DNA of 64,000 nucleotides from contig CANLII010000005.1 of the NCBI GenBank assembly GCA_947491315.1, forward strand, positions 34,552 to 98,551, given 5' to 3'. This stretch comes from Ignavibacteria bacterium (GTDB lineage Bacteria > Bacteroidota > Ignavibacteria > Kapaibacteriales > UBA961). The notes beneath the pieces were generated by a model that ran no database searches, was not told where the DNA came from, and saw nothing but the letters and a program-made list of their open reading frames with translations. The translations under genes and the position numbers were made by a program. This document shows, piece after piece, positions 40,332 through 49,536 of the stretch. Numbering within the stretch: the first letter of the stretch is position 1; each line of letters starts with the position of its first letter.

Positions 40332-41501
40332 ATGTCTAAGAGAACACATTTTCATGCAGATAGAGTTGAGGGAATGGGAATGACCATTTTCTCGGAAATC
40401 ACGCAATTGGCTCAGGAATACAATGCCATCAATCTTGGTCAGGGTTTTCCGGACTTTGATGGTCCACTTGAGATAAAGCGCATAGCAATGGAGTCAATTG
40501 CCTCGGGAAACAATCAATATGCGCCGATGATAGGAGCTCATACTCTGAGAAGGGCGATTGCGAGACATCAGTCGAGATTCTATTTTCATGAAATCGATCC
40601 CGATAGAGAAATAACAGTAACCACCGGTGCTACGGAAGCATTGCTTTCCACATTGCTTGCCTTTATCAACCCCGGCGATGAAGTGATAGTCTTTGAACCA
40701 TGTTATGATTCCTATGTGCCTGTTATTCGCATGGCTGGCGGAATTCCTGTACCGGTCACATTGCATGAGCCACTCTTCAAATTCAATCATCATGAATTGC
40801 GAGAGGCATTTTCGGAGAAGACAAAAGCAATCATCATCAATACACCCCATAATCCAACCGGCACGATGTTTAGTCAATTGGAACTTGGATTCATTGCGGA
40901 TGTATGTCAGGAATTCGATGCGCTTGCAATTATGGATGAAGTATATGAGCATATCGGCTTTGATCCGGCTGGACATATTCAAATGCGATCATTGCCTGAT
41001 ATGAAACATCGTACGATCACCATTTCAAGTTTGGGAAAATCTTTTTCTTTCACCGGTTGGAAAATCGGTTGGGTGATTGCGCCGGAAGAATTACAAATTC
41101 CAATCCGAAATATTCATCAATACACCGTATTTTCAACAGCAACGCCATTTCAAGGAGCCGCCGCAGCCGCTCTTGACTTACCTGATTCCTATTTCCAACA
41201 ACTTGTCAATATGTATCAAGAAAAAAGAGATTTTCTTGCTCATGCACTTTCATCAGCCGGACTATATCCAATAATACCGCAAGGTGCCTATTTCATCATG
41301 GCAGATACTTCGGAATATCCATTCCCAAATATGCGGTCATTTACGAATTGGTTAATCAAGGAAATTGGCATTGCTTGCATTCCTAGCACAGGATTCTATC
41401 TCCGGCCGGAAAGAGCCGGAAATTATGTGAGATTTTGTTTCTGCAAATCCAATCAAGTGTTGGAAACAGCAGCAGAAAGACTGCATACATTGCAGGCATG
41501 A
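40332..41501 (+). CDS. PLP-dependent class I/II aminotransferase (methionine / kynurenine-oxoglutarate aminotransferase-like, YbdL/KAT family)
   Basis: …INLGQGFPDFDGP… is the KAT/YbdL N-terminal signature. The PLP-Lys region (…SSLGKSFSFTGWKIGW…) is present. 389 aa. Confidence 0.75.
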   Translation: MSKRTHFHADRVEGMGMTIFSEITQLAQEYNAINLGQGFPDFDGPLEIKRIAMESIASGNNQYAPMIGAHTLRRAIARHQSRFYFHEIDPDREITVTTGATEALLSTLLAFINPGDEVIVFEPCYDSYVPVIRMAGGIPVPVTLHEPLFKFNHHELREAFSEKTKAIIINTPHNPTGTMFSQLELGFIADVCQEFDALAIMDEVYEHIGFDPAGHIQMRSLPDMKHRTITISSLGKSFSFTGWKIGWVIAPEELQIPIRNIHQYTVFSTATPFQGAAAAALDLPDSYFQQLVNMYQEKRDFLAHALSSAGLYPIIPQGAYFIMADTSEYPFPNMRSFTNWLIKEIGIACIPSTGFYLRPERAGNYVRFCFCKSNQVLETAAERLHTLQA

Positions 41502-41648
41502 ACCATATATAAGGTTCTATCCCATTCAATTGTCAAACATTTACGAAAAAATACACGATAGACATACTCAAATCATCATGTTCGATGGGTTTTTTTAGTA
41601 GTTTTGCAGTCATCACATTTCCAAAACATATTCCATAGGTATTACATC

Positions 41649-41975
41649 ATGTCGCAACCATTGCATATCACCGATGAGAATTTCGAATCTGAAGTTTTGA
41701 ATTCAGATAAACCTGTTCTTGTTGATTTTTGGGCCACATGGTGCGGTCCATGTCGCATGATTGCACCAATCATCGAAGATCTTGCCAAAGATTATGAAGG
41801 AAAGGCGGTCATCGGAAAATTGGATGTTGACAATAATCAACTTGCAGCTGAAAAATTTGGGATTCGTTCCATCCCGACGATTTTGATCTTCAAGGGTGGA
41901 CAATTGGTCGATACAATCATTGGTGCTGTTGGCAAACCGTATATCACAGAGCGCCTTGAAGCCCATGTGAATTGA
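41649..41975 (+). CDS. trxA: Thioredoxin
   Basis: WCGPC active site. 108 aa from the ATG at 41649. Confidence 0.9.
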   Translation: MSQPLHITDENFESEVLNSDKPVLVDFWATWCGPCRMIAPIIEDLAKDYEGKAVIGKLDVDNNQLAAEKFGIRSIPTILIFKGGQLVDTIIGAVGKPYITERLEAHVN

Positions 41976-41986
41976 TTGGAGCATTC

Positions 41987-42280
41987 ATGAGTATACCAGT
42001 TCTTCTCTCCGAGGAAGCAATTCGCAATCACTTGGAATTGCTGCCTTTATGGGAATCAGATGGCAAAAAAATCATGAGAACATGTATTCTTCATGACTTT
42101 GTTTCAGCTATTGGTTTCATCAATGCAATTGCGATTCATGCCGAGGCAATGGATCATCATCCTGAAATACGATTATATGGCTGGAATAAATTAGATATAT
42201 CAATCAGCACACATGACAAAGGCGGTCTTACTCTGCTTGACATGGACCTTGCTTCAAAGATTGATGCGATTACTTTTTGA
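41987..42280 (+). CDS. Pterin-4a-carbinolamine dehydratase (PCD/DCoH)
   Basis: …AMDHHPEI… is the [EDKH]-x-H-H-P signature. About 97 aa. Confidence 0.8.
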   Translation: MSIPVLLSEEAIRNHLELLPLWESDGKKIMRTCILHDFVSAIGFINAIAIHAEAMDHHPEIRLYGWNKLDISISTHDKGGLTLLDMDLASKIDAITF

Positions 42281-43642
<1,362 letters not shown>

Positions 43643-43675
43643 TTGAATGCAATGATTCACCACATTTGAAGCGGA

Positions 43676-45082
43676 TTGGATATGAGTATTGTCTTTGGAA
43701 CTGATGGATGGCGCGGAATTATCGCGCGTGATTTCACCTATGACAATCTTGCGTTAGTTGCCACGGCAACAGCCATTTATATAAAGCGAGTCGGCGATAA
43801 AAACCCATCTGCCGTGATTGGTTATGATACAAGATTCATGTCAAAAGAATTTGCGGAGGAAACAGCTCGAGTCTTCGCCGCTCATGGAATCACTGTACAT
43901 ATCACACAAGATATTTCTTCCACTCCTCAAGTATCTTTTCATACAAAACAAAAAGGTTCTGTTCTCGGTATTGTGATCACGGCAAGTCATAATCCACCGA
44001 TTTATAGTGGATATAAAGTGAAAGGTAGATTCGGTGGTCCTGCTTATCCGGAAGAAATTGCGGAGATTGAAAAGGAATTGGAAAAGTTGGGAAATAAAAT
44101 CCCTAAAGATCCTGCCAAATCACTTGATGAATATATTTTGGAAAGAATGATCAGACCTTTTGATGCACAAGAATCATATCTACGGTATATCAGAAAGAAA
44201 ATCGACTTGGAATTGATCAATGATTCAGGCTATACTGTTCTTCTCGATGCAATGTATGGTGCAGGACAGAATATTCTTCCAAAGGTCTTGAATAATGTCA
44301 CTGAATTACATGCAGAAGTCAATCCTACATTCGGTGAAGTAAAACATCCCGAGCCTATTCCGCATAATCTTCATGAATTCTTAGATATCATGAAAACGGG
44401 GAAATATGATATTGGCATTGCTACAGATGGAGATGCTGACAGACTTGGTGCGGCCGATAATGAAGGAAATTTTGTGGATTCACAAAAGATGTTCATTCTC
44501 CTGCTAAAGTATATGTGGGAAGTAAAGAAAAAGCGCGGAGCAGTTGTTAAGACTGTTTCTGTAACCTCCATGATTGAAAAGTATTGCGCAAAGCATTCAA
44601 TTCCTATACATGAAACCCCTGTTGGTTTTAAATATGTTGCCAAACTCATGAATGAGGAGAAAATCATAGTTGGTGGGGAAGAATCTGGCGGAATTGGCAC
44701 GATACTTCACATTCCTGAACGAGATGGTATCTTCAATGCTCTTCTCTTGATTGAAATGATGGCGACTCGCAAAAAGACCTTGCGTGAACTATGCGATGAA
44801 TTGGATGAAGAGTTTGGTCCTCATAAATATATGCGCAAAGATGTGCGTGTAACGCCCCAACAGAAGAAAGCAATTTTGGCAGTCTGTGCCAAAGGTCCCG
44901 CAAAAATTGGAAGATTCCCGGTCATTGGATCTAATACAAAAGATGGCTATAAATTTTTCATTGAAAATGGCTGGCTTTTGATTCGGGCATCAGGTACTGA
45001 ACCTCTCATTAGATTTTATGCTGAAGCTGAATCCATGGGGAAAGTAAATGAATTATTGGAAGAAGGCATTAAATTAAGCTGA
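43676..45082 (+). CDS. Alpha-D-phosphohexomutase family enzyme (phosphoglucomutase / phosphomannomutase-like)
   Basis: …FGTDGWRG…, phosphoserine loop TASHNPP, and metal-binding loop DGDADR. Confidence 0.75.
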   Translation: MDMSIVFGTDGWRGIIARDFTYDNLALVATATAIYIKRVGDKNPSAVIGYDTRFMSKEFAEETARVFAAHGITVHITQDISSTPQVSFHTKQKGSVLGIVITASHNPPIYSGYKVKGRFGGPAYPEEIAEIEKELEKLGNKIPKDPAKSLDEYILERMIRPFDAQESYLRYIRKKIDLELINDSGYTVLLDAMYGAGQNILPKVLNNVTELHAEVNPTFGEVKHPEPIPHNLHEFLDIMKTGKYDIGIATDGDADRLGAADNEGNFVDSQKMFILLLKYMWEVKKKRGAVVKTVSVTSMIEKYCAKHSIPIHETPVGFKYVAKLMNEEKIIVGGEESGGIGTILHIPERDGIFNALLLIEMMATRKKTLRELCDELDEEFGPHKYMRKDVRVTPQQKKAILAVCAKGPAKIGRFPVIGSNTKDGYKFFIENGWLLIRASGTEPLIRFYAEAESMGKVNELLEEGIKLS

Positions 45083-45101
45083 AGTAGTAGGATATTCCAA
45101 T

Positions 45102-45827
45102 ATGAAAAAACAGAAAACCGATCTTGAACGATATCTTGTGCAACAACAAGGAATCTTGGGGTCGGTTTTGTTTATTGATGCACAAAATGTGAATCAAAAT
45201 CAGACACCCTCAATAGATATAAAAAAACAGGTTGATATGAGTGTTAATCCCGCATGGCAATCAACAGATTCTCTTCCGATTTTGCATGATCATATTCATA
45301 CATGTATGGAATGTCGCTTGGGAGATACTCGAAATTCATTTGTTTTCGGTTCAGGAAATCCCAATGCCGATATATTGATCATCGGTGAAGCACCGGGTGC
45401 TGATGAAGATGCGCAAGGACTTCCATTTGTTGGTGCGGCCGGAAAACTCCTCACGAAGATTCTTGAAGCAATTGATCTATCAAGAGATGAAGTGTATATT
45501 GCCAATATCATCAAATGTCGTCCACCCGAAAACAGAAGACCCGAGAAAGATGAAATCGCGCAATGCGAACCCTATTTACAAAAGCAAATTGAACTCATAA
45601 AACCCGCATTCATTTTGGCACTAGGACTCACAGCCGTCAATACTCTTTTCAAGAAGACTCATCAAATGCAAGATATCAGAGGAAAAGTGATGAATTATCA
45701 CGGCGTATCTCTTCTTGCCACCTATCATCCTGCCGCTTTGCTTCGCAATCCCAATTGGAAAAAACCCGCCTGGGAAGATGTGCAATTATTGCGCTCAATG
45801 TATGATGAATGGAAGAAAGATCAGTGA
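45102..45827 (+). CDS. Uracil-DNA glycosylase, family 4 (Fe-S-containing type)
   Basis: …GEAPGADEDAQGLPFVGAAG… is family-4 motif A. Cys ligands (CMEC…, …IIKCRPP…, …CEPYL…). The last 59 codons are duplicated about 2.3 kb downstream (see the repeat features). Confidence 0.8.
   Translation: MKKQKTDLERYLVQQQGILGSVLFIDAQNVNQNQTPSIDIKKQVDMSVNPAWQSTDSLPILHDHIHTCMECRLGDTRNSFVFGSGNPNADILIIGEAPGADEDAQGLPFVGAAGKLLTKILEAIDLSRDEVYIANIIKCRPPENRRPEKDEIAQCEPYLQKQIELIKPAFILALGLTAVNTLFKKTHQMQDIRGKVMNYHGVSLLATYHPAALLRNPNWKKPAWEDVQLLRSMYDEWKKDQ
45639..45815. repeat. Left copy of a ~177 bp direct repeat (3' end of the UDG gene)
   Basis: Matches 48105..48281 with 4 mismatches, all within a 15 bp block (left positions 45657..45671). 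The 144 bp interval 45672..45815 (= 48138..48281) is identical (aligned by eye). Similarity continues upstream of the repeat with decaying identity. Confidence 0.8.
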
Positions 45828-45958
45828 AATCACAATGTTGAACACAAATCAAAAAGCCGATAAAGTGAATCAATCCAGTACATGAAATTTGAAAATATAG
45901 ATAGGTTTTCATTAGACAACATGTATCATCAATCAATTGCAATTATTGATATCATATC

Positions 45959-48019
45959 ATGAATGATCTTATTCTTGAAGCAGAAGTTACTTTTACAAAG
46001 TACATTAGAACATATCAGTATCAGGTAGCAGAAGAGTTTATAATTTCTTTTGTCCAATCAGTTGACTGGAAAGATTATGAGGTAAATGTATTCTGTACAT
46101 TTTTGCTCTATCAATATGAAGCATGTTATAAGCAGTCATATTATAGCAAATCATCTCATGTTGCAGAAAAATTAGAACATTTGTTGCAAGAGAATGAACA
46201 ATCGATTTCAGAAGTGAATATTGGAAAAATTCACTTGGCGATTGCACAAACTCAAATGATTTCAATGAATGTTGAAGGTGCTGAACTATCAGTCAATAAA
46301 GCACTTGAAAAGTTTAAGAATGAGTCTGATTTGGTCTACAGAGCAAGTGTGCTCTATACAAAGGGTTCTGTATATAAGATTAAAGGGGAATATCTACAAG
46401 CTCTTTCGGTATATTCAGATGCATTACATGAGTTGAATGGAAGTACTGAGTTTACATTGATGGCTAATGGACATGTTTTCATCGGCATGTTGAATTTTGA
46501 TCAGTCTCTTTTTGATAAAGCCTTCTCAATGTATGTAAAAGCACTTTCATTGTATGAAAAGGAGGGTAATCTCTATGGTAAGTCTGCCGTACTCATAAAT
46601 CTTGGGAATATCTATAGAAGATTATCAGATAATCAAAAGGCATTGGAGTATTATCAACAAAGTTTAGAGCTCAATCAGCAGTTGGATCGAAAAAGTGGAA
46701 TTGCTAATGTCTATGCAAGTATGGGAAATATATATTTTCATTTGGATGACTTTGAAAAAGCAGCACTCTATTACCGAAATTCCATTGAAATGTATGAAGT
46801 GCTTGGAAATAAATCAGCCCTTTACTCAATCTATAATAATGTGGGCTCGACATATTTGATGAATAAACAATATGATGAAGCCATAGAGTATTATAATAAG
46901 GCTTTTGAGCGCTATAGAAATACGGGTAATTATACTGAAGAATTATCCTATTATGTTAACCTGGGGCAATTGTATCTCAAACAAGAGAATTATTCTTTAG
47001 CCAAGGAGTATAATGAAAGAGGATTGCAGCTCAGTAAGGAAAAGGGTGATCAGGAAAGATTGCATGAATTCCTAAGCTCGCTTGGTATTATCTACTTTCA
47101 TGAATCAGTGTCGGATGCTGAAACAGCAACTTCTATTTCATTTGTGGAACAAGCATATGCATATACTGTGCAAGCCAAAATGAAATTTGAGCAAGCTACG
47201 CATGCTAACAGATTATCTGATATGTATTCAAAGATGAAAGATTGGGAATCCGCATTTACTTATCATAAAATATTTCATGATCTTGAAGCGGAGATTCATA
47301 GTTCAGATATCCGAAAGCATGCAGAAATCATGGAGCATAATCGGAAAATATTAGAGGCTGAACAACATCAACAAAGTGAATTATCAGCATTGCGAGAACA
47401 TTCCAGATTGTTGCATGACATTCTACCTTCAACTATTGCAGAGAGAATAATTTCAGGAGAAAAGACAATTGCTGAAGAAACTGCATCTGTTAGTATTTTC
47501 TTTTCTGACATCGTTGGATTTACTTCAATAGCTGAATCAATTTCACCATCTGCATTGGTTCAAAATCTCAATAAATTATTTTCTATAATTGATAATCTAG
47601 CAGATAAGCACGGTATTGAGAAGATAAAGACAATAGGTGACTCATATATGGCCGTTTGTGGTATACCTGAATATAAGCATGATCACGCGATTCGCATGGC
47701 AGAGTTTGCCAAAGAAGTCATGGGATTATCAGAATCTTTCAATTTTGAAGATAGAGCCATTGAGTTAAGAATAGGTATCCACTCAGGACCCGCAGTTGCA
47801 GGAGTGATTGGACTAAATAGATATGCGTACGATTTATGGGGTGATTCTGTAAATATTGCGAGCAGAATGGAGAGTACCGGAATGCCTGGAAAAATTCAAG
47901 TAAGTGAATCTTTCGTATTAGAATTATCAAATCAATCTAAGGGTAGATTTATTACTTCTTATAGAGGGGAAACAGAAATGAAGGGCAAAGGAACCCTGAA
48001 GACCTATACTCTTTTGTAA
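45959..48019 (+). CDS. TPR-repeat sensor fused to class III adenylate cyclase catalytic domain
   Basis: N-terminal region of about 430 aa with tandem TPR-like repeats (…GNIYRRLSDNQKALEYYQQSLEL…). C-terminal CHD with metal-binding Asp residues (FSDIVGFT, IGDSYM) and adenine-specifying Lys/Asp (…EKIKTIGDSYMAV…, …YDLWGDSVNIASRMES…). Confidence 0.8.
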   Translation: MNDLILEAEVTFTKYIRTYQYQVAEEFIISFVQSVDWKDYEVNVFCTFLLYQYEACYKQSYYSKSSHVAEKLEHLLQENEQSISEVNIGKIHLAIAQTQMISMNVEGAELSVNKALEKFKNESDLVYRASVLYTKGSVYKIKGEYLQALSVYSDALHELNGSTEFTLMANGHVFIGMLNFDQSLFDKAFSMYVKALSLYEKEGNLYGKSAVLINLGNIYRRLSDNQKALEYYQQSLELNQQLDRKSGIANVYASMGNIYFHLDDFEKAALYYRNSIEMYEVLGNKSALYSIYNNVGSTYLMNKQYDEAIEYYNKAFERYRNTGNYTEELSYYVNLGQLYLKQENYSLAKEYNERGLQLSKEKGDQERLHEFLSSLGIIYFHESVSDAETATSISFVEQAYAYTVQAKMKFEQATHANRLSDMYSKMKDWESAFTYHKIFHDLEAEIHSSDIRKHAEIMEHNRKILEAEQHQQSELSALREHSRLLHDILPSTIAERIISGEKTIAEETASVSIFFSDIVGFTSIAESISPSALVQNLNKLFSIIDNLADKHGIEKIKTIGDSYMAVCGIPEYKHDHAIRMAEFAKEVMGLSESFNFEDRAIELRIGIHSGPAVAGVIGLNRYAYDLWGDSVNIASRMESTGMPGKIQVSESFVLELSNQSKGRFITSYRGETEMKGKGTLKTYTLL

Positions 48020-48084
48020 GAGGTCATGTGTAATCTCTCTCGATTTTAGTAACTCTTAAAAATAACGAAAGTGAGTAAATGACC

Positions 48085-48305
48085 AACTTAGACTCGTGGC
48101 CATGAATACTCTTTTCAAGAAGAATTATCTAATGTAAGATATCAGAGGAAAAGTGATGAATTATCACGGCGTATCTCTTCTTGCCACCTATCATCCTGCC
48201 GCTTTGCTTCGCAATCCCAATTGGAAAAAACCCGCCTGGGAAGATGTGCAATTATTGCGCTCAATGTATGATGAATGGAAGATTAGGACAATCAAGAAAT
48301 TATGA
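48085..48305 (+). pseudogene. Decayed 3' fragment of a uracil-DNA glycosylase gene (UDG paralog or alternate allele remnant)
   Basis: Reading in the UDG frame gives …RLVAMNTLFKKNYLM*DIRGKVMNYHG…DEWKIRTIKKL*. It is homologous to UDG codons about 168 to 241 but carries an in-frame TAA where UDG has CAA. There is no N-terminal region and no start context. Confidence 0.6.
48105..48281. repeat. Right copy of the ~177 bp direct repeat
   Basis: Near-identical to 45639..45815. The sequence immediately 3' differs between copies (AAAGATCAGTGA at the left, ATTAGGACAATCAAGAAATTATGA at the right). Confidence 0.8.
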
Positions 48306-48362
48306 GAGCATTTATTAATCAATATGCAGATAGGTTTGGGATAATAATGATTGTTGATTGAA

Positions 48363-49277
48363 TCATTCCAGTAGTTGCTTTCGGTCCAACTTTGTATCGT
48401 AGAGATTATGAATCAAGAGTATGGAAAGCCCAAATAAGACTGATCCAATAATGAGGACATTACTCAGAATCCCGTCTATTGAAAATGAAAGCTTCAGTAG
48501 AATCGTAGAAATAACAAATCCAGAGTTTCGGACAATGACATGAAATTTGTCAGTAAAGTACAAAGACATCAAAAGCAATAGTGCATCTACTATGATCAGA
48601 GCGGTAAAAAACTCATCAAAGAAAATATTATTCAGCTCCACAAATACTTCCATTTTTTGTGAATACGCATTCATTGCATTCATAGTCCAATTGAAAAATG
48701 CAACAAAAGCCAGTATAAACATAGTTGGTACGAGAATCTTGGCTAAAATCAACTTCAGCCGAATAAACGAATGTAAATTAGGATCAAGCATAGTATCTGG
48801 TTTACTGTGACTGGATTTTGAGTATGCATGGGAATTTTTGTAGAAAAGGAAGATCAGAAGCAATAATATGAGTGTTGTGACAATGTCATAAGTGAACTGT
48901 AAATCACCCTTTGAATGAAACCAATCACTCATAAAATCAAGAGAGGCTATGTCCTTGAAAATGCGTCGAATGACGATTAAAGTTATGATTTCAAATTGTT
49001 TGCCAATATAGATGGTGATTGAATGAGGGATATAGAAGATCAGTAAATACACTTCATAGACCAATATGAAAGAGAAGGGTGTATAAATGGCCGCGATAGG
49101 ATTCAATAAAAAGGATGACTTAACACTTATAAAGCCAAAAAATGCGAAAATAATGAGAGCTAAATGAATAAAAAAGCAGCAAATAGCGATAGTGAGCGAA
49201 AGCTTTTCAATCTTTACTCTCGTTTCATATGAGAGCAACATAGTTGAGTAATTCAATATACTCGCGAGAGGTTTCAT
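48363..49277 (-). CDS. Polytopic membrane protein of unknown function
   Basis: 304 aa with about 8 hydrophobic helices. Very AT-rich. No recognisable motif. Convergent with the adenylate cyclase gene. Confidence 0.4.
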   Translation of the reverse strand: MKPLASILNYSTMLLSYETRVKIEKLSLTIAICCFFIHLALIIFAFFGFISVKSSFLLNPIAAIYTPFSFILVYEVYLLIFYIPHSITIYIGKQFEIITLIVIRRIFKDIASLDFMSDWFHSKGDLQFTYDIVTTLILLLLIFLFYKNSHAYSKSSHSKPDTMLDPNLHSFIRLKLILAKILVPTMFILAFVAFFNWTMNAMNAYSQKMEVFVELNNIFFDEFFTALIIVDALLLLMSLYFTDKFHVIVRNSGFVISTILLKLSFSIDGILSNVLIIGSVLFGLSILLIHNLYDTKLDRKQLLE

Positions 49278-49349
49278 GATGTTCTCATATTAGTGTTGTA
49301 AATCAGAACGGGAAAGTTGTACAAAACATACTAATAAATAACAAACAAC

Positions 49350-49388
49350 AAAAAAAAACCCAAAAGGATAAGATACCTTTTGGGTTTT
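49350..49388 (-). terminator. Rho-independent terminator downstream of tRNA-Leu (minus strand)
   Basis: Stem CCCAAAAGG / CCTTTTGGG with a 9 nt loop. On the minus strand it is followed by a T-run (the plus-strand A9 at 49350..49358). Confidence 0.55.
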
Positions 49389-49396
49389 ATAATGCG

Positions 49397-49480
49397 TGCA
49401 GGAGGTGGGACTCGAACCCACACGGATTTATAGTCCACTGGATTTTGAGTCCAGCGCGTCTGCCATTTCGCCACTCCTGC
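49397..49480 (-). tRNA. tRNA-Leu (anticodon CAA)
   Basis: Folded by hand on the minus strand: acceptor GCAGGAG/CTCCTGC plus discriminator A; 3 bp D-stem; anticodon stem CTGGA/TCCAG with loop CTCAAAA (anticodon CAA); long variable arm of 17 nt (type II tRNA); T-arm GTGGG-TTCGAGT-CCCAC. CCA is not encoded. Confidence 0.85.
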
Positions 49481-49536
49481 GAGTGGGAAGTCAAAAATAA
49501 GAAATTTGCTCATATTCCCAAGCATGAAGATTATAC

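Noticed and set aside
45959-49277. Pycsar/CBASS-like defence pair (cyclase plus membrane effector).
   Set aside because: The cyclase has canonical adenine-specifying Lys/Asp residues and a large TPR sensor, typical of signalling ACs rather than PycC. The membrane protein is on the opposite strand (convergent) and has no recognisable effector domain.
49331-49525. 64-aa ORF on the minus strand.
   Set aside because: It completely overlaps the tRNA-Leu gene and its terminator, so it is spurious.
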